A stretch of 64,000 nucleotides of DNA from Candidatus Dormiibacterota bacterium (GTDB taxonomy: Bacteria > Chloroflexota > Dormibacteria > Aeolococcales > Aeolococcaceae), in contig CAVUQX010000005.1 of the NCBI GenBank assembly GCA_963743835.1, positions 78,246 through 142,245 on the forward strand. The letters run 5' to 3'. Under the pieces are notes generated by a model. It saw only the letters and a list, made by a program, of their open reading frames with translations, did no database searches and was not told the DNA's origin. Positions 1-9,932 of this stretch are shown one piece after another. The translations under genes and the position numbers were made by a program. Each line of letters opens with the position of its first letter. Within the stretch, counting starts at the first letter, position 1.

Positions 1-1
1 C

Positions 2-721
2 GCAGTGGTCTTCCACGCGGCTGCGCAGATCGATGTCCGCGAGTCGGTGCGCGACCCGCTGCACGACGCCGACGTCAACGTGGTCGGAACGGTGAATGTC
101 CTGCGCGCGTCGGTGGATGCGGGAACACGCCGCGTCGTCTTCGCCTCCAGCGGGGGCGCGATCTACGGCGATACCGACGTCATCCCCACACCCGAGGACC
201 ATCCCTGCCGGCCGGAGTCGCCGTACGGAACCGCGAAGCTCTGCGCGGAAGCGTATGGCGGTACCTTCAGCCGTCAGGCGGGTCTGGAATTCGTCGCGCT
301 GCGCTACGCCAACGTCTACGGGCCGCGTCAGGATCCGCACGGTGAGGCCGGAGTGGTCGCCATCTTCGCCACCCGGCTGCTGCATGGAGCGCCGGTGGTG
401 ATCAACGGCGACGGGACACAGACTCGGGACTACGTGTACGTTCAGGACGTGGTGCGTGCCAATCTCGCGGCGGTCGACGGACCCGCGGGGATCTACAACA
501 TCGGCACCGGCATCGAGACCGACGTCAACGCGCTCTATCGCATGCTCGCCGAGGCAACCGGCGTCACCGCGGCCGCCGAGAACGGTCCCGCGAAACCGGG
601 TGAGCAGCGACGCTCGTGCCTGGAGACCCAGGGGACGCGTGAGCGTCTCGGCTGGACTGCCTCAGTCACCTTCGACGAAGGGGTGCGCACCACGATCGAC
701 TATTTCAGGACGGCGAGCTAA
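2..721 (+). CDS. NAD-dependent epimerase/dehydratase (UDP-glucose 4-epimerase-like), 5'-truncated
   Basis: HAAAQIDV, SSGGAIYG, YxxxK (YGTAK), RYANVYGPRQ, GDGTQTRDYVYV extended-SDR motifs. Confidence 0.9.
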   Translation, partial: AVVFHAAAQIDVRESVRDPLHDADVNVVGTVNVLRASVDAGTRRVVFASSGGAIYGDTDVIPTPEDHPCRPESPYGTAKLCAEAYGGTFSRQAGLEFVALRYANVYGPRQDPHGEAGVVAIFATRLLHGAPVVINGDGTQTRDYVYVQDVVRANLAAVDGPAGIYNIGTGIETDVNALYRMLAEATGVTAAAENGPAKPGEQRRSCLETQGTRERLGWTASVTFDEGVRTTIDYFRTAS

Positions 722-1155
722 CCGTCGAGCTGCGACCGAGCGCGTTCCAGGTTGGCCGAACTTCGACTTCGCAGGGTCGTGCCTGCGTCGCGCAGCGCGT
801 TGTCCCTCGCAAAGCCGGGTGCTTCTGCAAGTCGCGCCGCCCAGCTCAGCTCATCGACGGCAAGCTCGAGCGCGGTGCGCGCCTCATCAAGGGTTGCATC
901 GACAGGGATCCCGGCGATGCGTTCCAGCGCCTGCGCGCAACCGTCCAGACGGCGCCTGACCGCATGGGGCGAGCTGGCGTCGTCGCCGGTGCCATGTGTC
1001 ATATCGAGCGCCTGGGCGGCCTCGGTCGCGGTACCGAGCACCGCGGCGAGCACCGCGCGCGGGTCTTCTTCGACAGTGGCGCCCGCTCCCATCATCCGGT
1101 AGGCGCCGTAGAGGAAAACGACCACAACAAGCGCGGCGATGACGTAGATCGCCAC
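718..1155 (-). CDS. hypothetical protein with N-terminal membrane anchor
   Basis: 145-aa ORF, hydrophobic N-terminus, directly downstream of infA. Confidence 0.65.
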   Translation of the reverse strand: MAIYVIAALVVVVFLYGAYRMMGAGATVEEDPRAVLAAVLGTATEAAQALDMTHGTGDDASSPHAVRRRLDGCAQALERIAGIPVDATLDEARTALELAVDELSWAARLAEAPGFARDNALRDAGTTLRSRSSANLERARSQLDG

Positions 1156-1170
1156 GGCCGGGTCCGCCGG

Positions 1171-1476
1171 TTACTTGTAGCGGAAGGTGATGCGCCCGCG
1201 CGAGAGGTCGTATGGGCTCAGCTCGACGCGCACGCGATCCCCGATGAGGATACGGATGTAGAACTTGCGCATCTTCCCCGAGGTGTACGCGAGCACATCC
1301 TGACCCGTCTGCAAGCGCACCTTGAACATCGCGTTGGGCAACGGCTCGACAACCGTAGCGTCCATCTCGATGGTCTCTTCCTTGACCTCGACCTGGGGAG
1401 TGCCGTCAGCGACGTCCCGTCGACGGACGGGGCCGCGCCTGCGGGTACTGCCGGGACGGGGTGGGCGTCGTGCCAA
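1171..1476 (-). CDS. infA: translation initiation factor IF-1 with Arg-rich N-terminal extension
   Basis: [54 protein letters not shown]; TTG start preceded by AGAGGAG. Confidence 0.95.
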   Translation of the reverse strand: MARRPPRPGSTRRRGPVRRRDVADGTPQVEVKEETIEMDATVVEPLPNAMFKVRLQTGQDVLAYTSGKMRKFYIRILIGDRVRVELSPYDLSRGRITFRYK

Positions 1477-1540
1477 ACAGGGTCTCCTCTAATCGGGTCG
1501 GGCGGTTCGCGAGCGTATCACGGAGCCGTTCCCTGATAAC

Positions 1541-4500
1541 GTGATCTCGATGGCCCCCCCGGTTCGATCTCCATTCCTCGATGCGCTGCGAGAGCGCGTG
1601 CTCGTCTTTGACGGCGCCATGGGCACCAGCCTGCATGCCGAGAACCCCGGCATCGAAGACTACGGCGGAGCGAGGCTGGAGGGGTGGATGGACGGTCTTT
1701 CCATCCATGCGCCGCAGATCGTCGAGCGGGTGCACCGCGGATTTCTTGAGGCGGGGTGCGACGTCATCGAGACCTGCACGTTCCAGGCGACGCGCCCGCG
1801 CCTCGAGGAGTGGGGTCAGGGCGACGTCACCACCGACCTGAACGTGTCGGCCGCGCGCCTCGCCCGGCGGATCGCCGACGAGTACGCCGTCGACGGGCGT
1901 CCGCGCTTCGTTGCCGGGAGCATGGGCCCCACCGGCTTCCTGCCCGCCTCGAGCGATCCGTCGATGAGCCGGCTGGGGTTCGCAGACCTCGTGCCGGTGT
2001 ACCGCGAGCAGGCCGCCTCGCTCATCGAGGGTGGCGTCGACGTCCTCATCATCGAGACGCAGCAGGACATTCTCGAGACCAAGGCAGCCGTCTTCGGCGC
2101 CCGCGAGGCCGCTGCCGCGGCGGGGCGCCCGGTCGCGATCATGACCACCGTCTCGCTGGACGTCACCGGCCGCATGCTGCTCGGCACCGACGCGGCGGCG
2201 GTGCTCGCCGTGCTCGAGTCGCTGCACGTCGACGTCATCGGGTTCAACTGCTCCACCGGGCCGGAGCACATGCGCGAACCCATCCGCTACATCACGTCGC
2301 ACACGACGCTGCCGGTCGCATGCATCCCCAATGCGGGATTGCCGATCAACGTCGACGGCCAGGCACACTACCCGCTGCAGCCGGTGCCCATGGCCACCGA
2401 GCTCGCGAGCTTCGTGAGCGAGTACGGGGTGAGCGTCGTCGGCGGCTGTTGCGGATCGACTCCCGAGCACATTCGCGAGCTGGTGACGCACGTGCGCGCG
2501 GCGACACGGGCGCAGGTGTCGCCGAACGTCGAACCGCGTCTGGCGAGCAGCATGCACGCGATCGACCTGCGTCAGCAGCCGGCGCCGTTGCTCATCGGTG
2601 AGCGGGTCAATGCACAGGGGTCGCGCGCGATCAAGCGTCTGCTCCTCGCGGACGACTACGACGGCATCCTGGGCATCGCGAGGACGCAGGTCGAAGGTGG
2701 CGCGCATGCGCTCGACCTGTGCGTCGCGGTCACCGAACGCAGCGATGAGGCCGAGCAGATGCGCTCGGTCGTCAAGACGCTGCAGATGAGCATCGATGCG
2801 CCGCTGGTCATCGACAGCACCGATGCCGACGTCATCAAGGCGGCGCTCGAGGTCTACCCGGGGCGCGGCATTGTCAACAGCGTCAACCTCGAGAACGGAC
2901 GTGTCCGCTGCGACGCCGTGCTGCCGTCGGTGCGTGACCACGGCGCCTGCGTGATCGCCCTGACCATCGATGAGCAGGGCATGGCACGGACCGCCGAACG
3001 CAAGGTCGAGATCGCGCGCCGCATCCACGACCTCGCCCGTGACGAATTTTCGCTGACGCCGGATCAGCTGATCTTCGACGCGCTCACCTTCACGCTCGCA
3101 ACCGGGGAGGCGGAGTGGATCGAACTCGGCGCGCGAGACCATCGAGGGCATTCGCGCCATCAAGCGCGAGCTTCCCGGCGTGCTCACGGTGCTCGGTGTG
3201 TCCAACGTGTCCTTCGGACTGGCGCCGCACACGCGCCCGATACTCAACAGCGTCTTCCTCCACCACTGTGTCGCGGCGGGGCTCGACGCCGCGATCATCA
3301 ACCCGACGCATGTCGTCCCGTATGGGGAGATCGACCCCCAGGCGCGACGTCTCGCCGAGGAGCTGGTCTTCAACAGCGCCCCCGACGCGCTCACCAAGTT
3401 CATCGCTCACTTCGATGACGGCGCGTCCAGTGGCGGGGCCGGCCTGCCCGAGACGTCGGACCCGTACGAGGGGATGTCGACCGTGGAACGCATCCACGCG
3501 CAGATCCTGCATCGGCGCAAGGACGGCATCGAGGAGCAGATCGACCTCGCGCTGCAGGACCTCGATGCGGTGAGCGTTCTGAACACGGTGCTTCTGCCCG
3601 CGATGAAGGACGTCGGCGACCGCTTCGGTTCCGGGGAGCTCATCCTGCCGTTCGTGCTGCAGAGCGCCGAGGTGATGAAGCGCGCGGTGGCGCACCTCGA
3701 GCAGTACCTGGAGAAACGTGAGGGGTATACCAAGGGCAAGGTTGTGCTGGCGACCGTGTACGGAGATGTGCACGACATTGGCAAGAACCTGGTCAACACC
3801 ATCCTCAGCAACAACGGCTACACCGTGTTCGACCTCGGCAAGCAGGTGCCGCTCAACACCATCATCGAGAAGGCGCTGGAGGTCGAAGCCGATGCGATCG
3901 GCCTGTCGGCGCTGCTCGTCAGCACCAGCAAGCAGATGCCCGCGTGCGTCAAGGAGCTCGACGAGCGTGGTCTCAGCTATCCGCTGATCATCGGTGGCGC
4001 TGCGATCAACCGCGGATTCGGCAGACGCATCCTCTACCTGGACCAGGATCGTGCGTACGAGCCCGGCGTCTTCTACTGCAAGGACGCCTTCGAAGGACTG
4101 GAGACCGTTGACCAGTTGCTCGATCCGGAGCGGCACGACGCGCTGCTGATGCGCGTCCTCGAGGAGGCGCGCGTGCATCGAGTGCGCGAGCACGAGAAGC
4201 TCGAGCGCCGCAACGCCGCGGCCGCCGGCGCCGCGGTAGTACCCACGCAGAGCGCGGTCCGGCGGAATGCGCCGATCCCCACCGTCCCGTTCTGGGGGGC
4301 GCGGGTGCTGCGCAACATTCCCATCTGGGACGTGTACCCGTTCATCGATCGCAACTCGCTCTACAAGATGAGCTGGCAGTTCCGCGGTGTTCGCGATCCC
4401 GCCAAATGGGAGGACCTCCTCCACAGTGAGCTCGAGCCGCGCCTGCAACGCTCGATGGAGGAGGCGGTGCGCGACGGCTGGCTGCAGCTCGAGGCCGTCT

Positions 4501-5105
4501 ACGGATACTGGCCGGCACTCGCCGACGGCAACACGGTGGTCGTGTACGACCCGACGGACATCGACGCCGAGCTCGGGAGGTTCACGTTCCCCCGCCAGTC
4601 CGAGCAGCATCGGCTTTGCCTCGCGGACTACATCCGCCCTGCCGAGGATGCTGCCGACGGTGAGCGAGACGTCATCGCGCTCCAGGTGGTCACCACAGGT
4701 CCGGGCGCGTCCGAGCTGTCCAACCGCCTGCAGGTCGATGGTGCCTACGACGACATGCTCCGGATTCATGGCTTCGCAACGCAGATGGCCGAGGCCACGG
4801 CCGAGTACGTGCATCACAGGATCCGTCGCGAGCTGCGCCTCGGCGAGGACCAAGGTCGCCGCTACTCCTGGGGCTACCCCTCATGCCCCGATCTCGAGGA
4901 CCACGAGATCCTCATGCGGATCGTCCCCGCCTCCGACATCGGCGTCACCCTCACCGAGGGGTACCAGTTCGTACCGGAGCAATCTACCGGCGCAATCGTC
5001 ATGCACCATCCCGAGGCTCGCTACTTCGCCGTGTATGGCGGGGCGGCGATCGAGGAGGACGCGCCAGGAGCGCCGGAACCGGTGCTCGTGGCGCCTGGAG
5101 TTTAG
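1541..5105 (+). CDS. metH: B12-dependent methionine synthase (one +1 indel at ~3122)
   Basis: DGAMGT, GFNCSTGP, GGCCG (Hcy domain); IGERVN (pterin domain); GDVHDIGKN (B12 domain); RYSWGYPSCPDL, PEQST (activation domain); split over ORFs 1541-3418 and 3180-5105. Confidence 0.95.
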
Positions 5106-5114
5106 AAAAGGTCC

Positions 5115-5252
5115 GGTCCGGGGGCCTGTCACGGCGGGGACCCCTCGCCGCTCAGCTGCCCGGTCTGACTCCCCATCGCACAGTGTTCTGGGACCGTCTT
5201 GCGCGGCGCCGGTCAGCAGGTCGGCGCTTCCCCCCGCCGTGCCACCCGGACC
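5115..5252 (-). ncRNA. structured repeat family A, copy 1 (putative ncRNA or non-autonomous element)
   Basis: Closely similar reverse complement of 51238-51373; nested stems with compensatory changes; lies between convergent gene ends. Confidence 0.6.
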
Positions 5253-5289
5253 AGTCATTTATGGATCCCAGTCGCGGCGTGCCTGTTGC

Positions 5290-5736
5290 CTACTTCGCTT
5301 GTTCCTTTGCCTTGGCGATCTCGGCCAGTTCGGCTCGCGCGGCAGCGGCGATGTCGGCGCCGGTATTGGCGTGTCCGTTGATGCCCCAGCCGCCTTCAGG
5401 TGATTCGGTGATGAGCACCCAGGTGCGCTCCGCAAGGGTTGGGTCCTCGGCTGCTGTGGCGACGATTTCGGTCAGCTCCTTCACGACGCCGAGCTGCTTG
5501 TCCCGGTCGAGGACGCCGATGGGCGTGAGGACCTGGACACGTACGTAGTTGCTGTCACCGGACACGTTCGACAGCGAATCCTCGGGAAGGTCGTGGATGA
5601 AGGCGGCGGTGTTGTCCTTGAAGAGTGAGATTGGCGGGACCTTCTCCCAGCGCATCACGGCGGCTGCGAGGTTCTGGGCGAGCTCGTGCTTCGCTTTGAA
5701 CGTTCCGGTGGCGGCGTAGACGTCGATCATCGGCAT
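5290..5736 (-). CDS. tautomerase family protein (4-OT/cis-CaaD-like)
   Basis: N-terminal Pro (MPMIDV), two beta-alpha-beta repeats, WVLITE..GGWGING. Confidence 0.8.
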   Translation of the reverse strand: MPMIDVYAATGTFKAKHELAQNLAAAVMRWEKVPPISLFKDNTAAFIHDLPEDSLSNVSGDSNYVRVQVLTPIGVLDRDKQLGVVKELTEIVATAAEDPTLAERTWVLITESPEGGWGINGHANTGADIAAAARAELAEIAKAKEQAK

Positions 5737-5755
5737 GGCCGGGCTCCTTCAGGAG

Positions 5756-5811
5756 TTATGGTGGTCGTCATAGTGACGCAGTGGAGCATGCACTATGACG
5801 ATCGTCATAGT
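5756..5811. promoter_or_regulatory. TetR-type operator palindromes
   Basis: Perfect 20-bp palindrome ACTATGACGATCGTCATAGT (5792-5811) and degenerate copy TTATGGTGGTCGTCATAG (5756-5773) between divergent genes. Confidence 0.75.
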
Positions 5812-5836
5812 CAAGGGGTCGGGCAAGGCCATCCGC

Positions 5837-6406
5837 ATGGCAGGTGACAGCCGCGAGCGGATGGTCCGGAGCGCTGCCTCGCTCATCGCCTCGAAGGGGG
5901 TCAGCGCAACCTCCTTCTCGGATGTCGTGGCCGACAGCGGCGCTCCTCGCGGCTCCATCTACCACCACTTTCCAGAGGGAAAGCAGCAGCTGGCGACGGA
6001 GGCGATCCAGTGGACATCGGATCGCGTCGTCGCATACCTTCGCGCCGGCACCGAGACGACCCCGGAAGCCGTTCTCGCCAGGTTCATCCAGCTCTGGCGT
6101 CAGGTCGTCGTCGCCTCCAGCGCATCGTCAGGCTGTGTCGTCGCCGGCGTCGCGCTCGACACCGGAGCCGAGGACGGTCTCATGGACGTCGCCCGCGAGA
6201 CCTTTCGCTCCTGGGAGGCGATCCTCGCCGGTCAGCTCGAGCAGACCGGCATCCCGGCCGGCCGAGCGCGAGGCATCTCCCTCGCAACGCTCGCCGGGAT
6301 GGAGGGTGCCCTGATCCTCTGTCGAGCCGAAGGCTCCGTTCAGCCCCTCGACGACGTGGCTGAGGAGCTGATGCGCCTTCTTCCGGCGGTCCCAGCTACG
6401 GGATAG
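5837..6406 (+). CDS. TetR/AcrR regulator (LmrA/YxaF-like)
   Basis: SRERMV..GAPRGSIYHHFPEGK HTH; GC motif; start placed downstream of the operator. Confidence 0.9.
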   Translation: MAGDSRERMVRSAASLIASKGVSATSFSDVVADSGAPRGSIYHHFPEGKQQLATEAIQWTSDRVVAYLRAGTETTPEAVLARFIQLWRQVVVASSASSGCVVAGVALDTGAEDGLMDVARETFRSWEAILAGQLEQTGIPAGRARGISLATLAGMEGALILCRAEGSVQPLDDVAEELMRLLPAVPATG

Positions 6407-6416
6407 CGATGCGGGC

Positions 6417-7076
6417 TCAAACCATCCCGTTCTGGTAGGCATAACGGACCGCCTGGGCGCGATCGCGCGCGCCTGTCTTGGAGAAGACGCGGTTGATATG
6501 CGTCTTGACCGTGGCATTGCTGAGGAAGAGCGCGGTCGCGATCTCGCTGTTCGACATCCCAGCGGCGATCAACTTCAGCACCTCGACCTCGCGCGAGCTC
6601 AGGCCGTCGGGAGGTGGCTGCGAGGGTACGGGCGTACGGGTTTGCCCCTCGAGTACCGCGGCGATGAGCCGCTGTTGAATCGCAGGGTCCAGGTGGGTTC
6701 TTCCGGCGGCAAGCGCGCGGATGGCCTGCTCGATCTCCTCGGCACTCGCGTCCTTGGTGAGATACCCACGCGCACCAGCCTTGAGCGCGGGAAACAATGA
6801 CTTGTCATCGGCGTAGGTCGTGAGGACCAGCACCTGCGTTTCGGGAAGTGATGCGCGGATGTGACGGGTGGCCTCGGCTCCTTCCATACCCGGCATCCGA
6901 AGATCCATGAGCACGACATCCGGACGCTCGCGTCTGGCGCTCTCCAGAGCGGCCACCCCATCACCCGCGCTCCCTACGACCTCAACTCCGTCGATGAGTC
7001 CGACGAGCATCGTCAGTCCATCGCGCACCACTCGCTGATCGTCTGCGATGAGCACGCGGATCGGCGCTTCGGTCAT
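6417..7076 (-). CDS. NarL/LuxR-family response regulator
   Basis: IADDQ, DVVLMDLRMP, GYLTKD, LSSREVEVL..SNATVKTH. Confidence 0.95.
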   Translation of the reverse strand: MTEAPIRVLIADDQRVVRDGLTMLVGLIDGVEVVGSAGDGVAALESARRERPDVVLMDLRMPGMEGAEATRHIRASLPETQVLVLTTYADDKSLFPALKAGARGYLTKDASAEEIEQAIRALAAGRTHLDPAIQQRLIAAVLEGQTRTPVPSQPPPDGLSSREVEVLKLIAAGMSNSEIATALFLSNATVKTHINRVFSKTGARDRAQAVRYAYQNGMV

Positions 7077-8300
7077 GCGGGCACGACGATCTCGACACGC
7101 CAGCCGTGCTCGATCGGGCCGGCCTGAACGGTGCCGCCCACCCGTTCGAGCCGCTCGCGCAAGCCGGCAAGCCCGCGCCCGCCGCCGACATCGCGCAGGC
7201 CTTCGGCAGCTCGAAGATCAGATCCGGATGAGACGCGATCCTCGACGATCAGACGGGTCGAATCCGTGTCATACCGGAGGCGAATGTCGACTGTGGCGCC
7301 CGGCGCGTATCGAGCCACATTGGTCAGCGCCTCCTGGACGCCGCGATACAGCGCGAGGCCGGCGTCCGGCGGGATCGTCCGCGCGGCTCCCTCAACGCTC
7401 AGCTGAACGTGGGCGTTCATGTCGTTCCTGAAGCTCGTGATCAGCGACCCAATCTGCGCGACCCCGGGGAGTTCCTCGCCGCGTAACGCGCCGACGGCCT
7501 GGCGAGCGCTGACCAGACCGTCCTTCACCAGCTCACCTGCGCGGTCGATGGCGGCGCGCGTTGGCCGCGTTGCACGATCGCGCTCGGCGAGCTTCCGTGC
7601 CGCCTGGAGCTGGATTGCCGCCGCAGAGAGTGAGTGTGCGAGCACGTCGTGCAGCTCACCGGCGATGCGGCTGCGTTCAGCCATGGCCGCAGCCCGCGTC
7701 TGCTCGTCGCGTGCGTCCTCGAGTTGAGCCAGCAGCAATTCCACTCGATCCTGATTCGCACGCGACTGTCTCATGAAATAGCCGACGAATCCGAGCATCG
7801 CCAGCAGGAGCGCGGCAGCGAGGAATGCCACGGGCGCGCTTCCGGCGAGTGCTGCCGCGCTGACCGACGCGATGGCAACAGCGATGCCGATCGCCACACC
7901 AGACTTCAACGGGAGACGGACGAGCGCCATCCACACGGCCGCGCCACCGGCGAGGTCGGTTGCACCCTGAGGCTGCAGCGCCACAAGAGCGGCACCGGCT
8001 GCGCCCATCACCGAGACCACCGATGCCTGGAACCAGCGCTGTCGCGCGGCGAAGCCAGGTCTGATCGCCTCAGCGAGGGCTCCCGCGAAAGCGACGAGCG
8101 CGAGCGTGACACCCAGGCCGGGGCCCTGGAATGCAGGGTAAGGACGCTCGGCAACTGCGCTCGCCACGACGACAACGATCACAGCGAGTCCCAGCGGTCG
8201 CAGCGCGTCTCGCTGGCGTTGCACTCGTTGTTCGGCACGCTCGCGAGCCTCAACGACCCGCCGAACTCTCGCCGTCTGAAGCCGTCGACAGGTCGGTCAT
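7073..8300 (-). CDS. HisKA_3 sensor histidine kinase (probable start ATG 8300 with +1 indel at ~8265)
   Basis: Multi-TM N-terminus, ERSRIAGELHDVLAHSL, QEALTN, GRGLAGLRER; removing one base at GAACTC 8263-8268 joins ATG 8300 (with GGAG upstream) in frame. Confidence 0.9.
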
Positions 8301-8397
8301 GCTGGTGAGCTCTCCGGTGGCGAGCATTCGCTGCAGACAATAGAACGCCCCCGGCCCATGCGAGGGATCCCGAGGCGTTCCAAGGCTGCGCGGTCGA

Positions 8398-8925
8398 TCA
8401 GAGTGCAGCACCGAAGGCGCTGATGGTCGCTGCGGGGACCGCCTGGACGACGCGGCCGCGGAGGGACACGGTCACCACGCGAACCGTGACTTCGCAGATC
8501 GCCATGGAGACCAGGGCCACCGGCCAGGCCGCTGCGCTGATCTGGTGGGAGATGCTGAAGCTGCGAATCGCCGGCTCGGCGCCGTGGGTCACGACGAACG
8601 CGAAGACGATCCTCGAGGAGATTCCGGCGATGAGAAGCGCGCCGGCGACCCAGCCAACTCCAGCGAGTGCGAAGCCGTCGTTCCCGCGGCGTACGTGGGT
8701 CGCGAACCCGCTCAGGAGACCGAGCGAAACGCCGGCGCCTGCCAGGAGCCCGATGAGCACGAGGTCGTTGCCGGACACCGGGATCGTGTGCAGGTACTGC
8801 CGGGCGACGAAGAACAAGATCACCAGCGGGATGACCAGCGCCCTGCGATCCAGCCGCTTCCCGCGGGCTTGCCAGCACACCATGAGGATGAATCCGGCGT
8901 TGATCAGGTAGTCCGTCGTGGTCAT
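8398..8925 (-). CDS. DUF1453/CcdC-like membrane protein
   Basis: 175-aa multi-TM protein, GGAGG RBS, adjacent to the two-component pair. Confidence 0.65.
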   Translation of the reverse strand: MTTTDYLINAGFILMVCWQARGKRLDRRALVIPLVILFFVARQYLHTIPVSGNDLVLIGLLAGAGVSLGLLSGFATHVRRGNDGFALAGVGWVAGALLIAGISSRIVFAFVVTHGAEPAIRSFSISHQISAAAWPVALVSMAICEVTVRVVTVSLRGRVVQAVPAATISAFGAAL

Positions 8926-9001
8926 CGGGGCTCCTCCGTGAATCTGCGGTGTCGTCCGAAGTGGACGATCGCCATGATTCGGCGGCGGCGCTCCGAAGTC
9001 G

Positions 9002-9061
9002 TCCGCCCTTGGGTTGGACTTCTGGGAGGCACTCAACCGGCTCGCTCAACCCGTGGGTTGA
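9002..9061. promoter_or_regulatory. putative NarL/LuxR binding sites
   Basis: 7-2-7 palindrome TCAACCC-GT-GGGTTGA (9046-9061) and degenerate TCCGCCC-TT-GGGTTGG (9002-9017) upstream of the DUF1453 gene. Confidence 0.55.
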
Positions 9062-9070
9062 TCAAGCGCG

Positions 9071-9097
9071 TGACACTCGGGCACGCCGAGTGTGTCA
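9071..9097 (-). terminator. hairpin after the 9111-9404 ORF
   Basis: ACACTCGG-gcacg-CCGAGTGT stem just past the stop codon; no clear U tract. Confidence 0.45.
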
Positions 9098-9110
9098 GGA
9101 GATCCTGGCT

Positions 9111-9404
9111 CTACTCGGTGTAGCGCCTGATGCGGTCGTCCTCTTCCCCGTGCTCCGCCTGGTACAGGCCGCACGATTCAGGCTCGGACACACACGGCGG
9201 CACGGGATGGCGTCCGGTGAACTTGTGGGTCCGCCGATCGACGTGACAGTCGGCCTTGTAGCGGGTCAGCAGACCGAATGGGCCGGCACTGTCCCTGATG
9301 ATCTGTTCGAGGTACGGGCAACGACGGCCGCGCGGCCGGGGCGGCGCCGACTGGCGCTGCGGCTCTGGCCTGCCGCGGGGCGGCGGCGGTGGTTCTGCTC
9401 GCAT
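9111..9404 (-). CDS. small Pro/Arg-rich, 4-Cys hypothetical protein
   Basis: 97-aa C-terminal part of ORF 9111-9917 (MRAEPPP..CPYLE..C..C..C); fills the gap and is followed by a hairpin. Confidence 0.5.
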   Translation of the reverse strand: MRAEPPPPPRGRPEPQRQSAPPRPRGRRCPYLEQIIRDSAGPFGLLTRYKADCHVDRRTHKFTGRHPVPPCVSEPESCGLYQAEHGEEDDRIRRYTE

Positions 9405-9427
9405 CGACCCCCCGAGTGTAGAACTCC

Positions 9428-9793
9428 TTACGGGGCGAGCATCGACTGGATGCGCGAGGCGAGTTCCTTGATCTTGAAAGGCTTCGCGAGCGTCTGGACG
9501 TTTCCGTAGGCCTCGAGCTTCGGCGCGGTCGACGCATTCACCAGGGCGCTGACCACCAGGACCTTCGGGTCGCTGCCGTGATTGGACCGGATCCGCTCGA
9601 GCACCTGCGTTCCGGAAAGGTCGCCAGGAAGCATCAGGTCGAGGAGCACCAGGTCCGGCTGGAACTCCACGAAGGCCGCCAGGCCCTCGTCGCCGCTCTT
9701 CGCCACCTTCACCTCGTAGCCCTCCATGGTGCAGAGCAGAGATTCGATGTCGGCGAGCGCGTAATAGTCCTCGATGATCAGGACTTTCTTCAT
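9428..9793 (-). CDS. single-domain response regulator (receiver)
   Basis: KKVLIIED, PDLVLLDLMLP, SA, LAKPF. Confidence 0.9.
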   Translation of the reverse strand: MKKVLIIEDYYALADIESLLCTMEGYEVKVAKSGDEGLAAFVEFQPDLVLLDLMLPGDLSGTQVLERIRSNHGSDPKVLVVSALVNASTAPKLEAYGNVQTLAKPFKIKELASRIQSMLAP

Positions 9794-9932
9794 GGCGGTA
9801 CTCGTCGCTGGGCTCATTTGGGGATCCGGCCGAATATAGCACGGGGGTTTCCGGCGCTCCCGGTGAGTGTGACCAACCCGTCAACCACACGGCGCACCGC
9901 CGACACAGGGGCGCCATCCGGCGCCGCCTCGA

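Noticed and set aside
5115-5252. Cobalamin riboswitch next to metH (words GGGAA, CGGTCCC..CACTG, GAGTCAGAC)
   Set aside because: It lies 3' of and antisense to metH between convergent genes, lacks the T-loop and CCCGC(A/C)ACTG pattern, and the second copy has no downstream sense gene. An Rfam scan would settle it.
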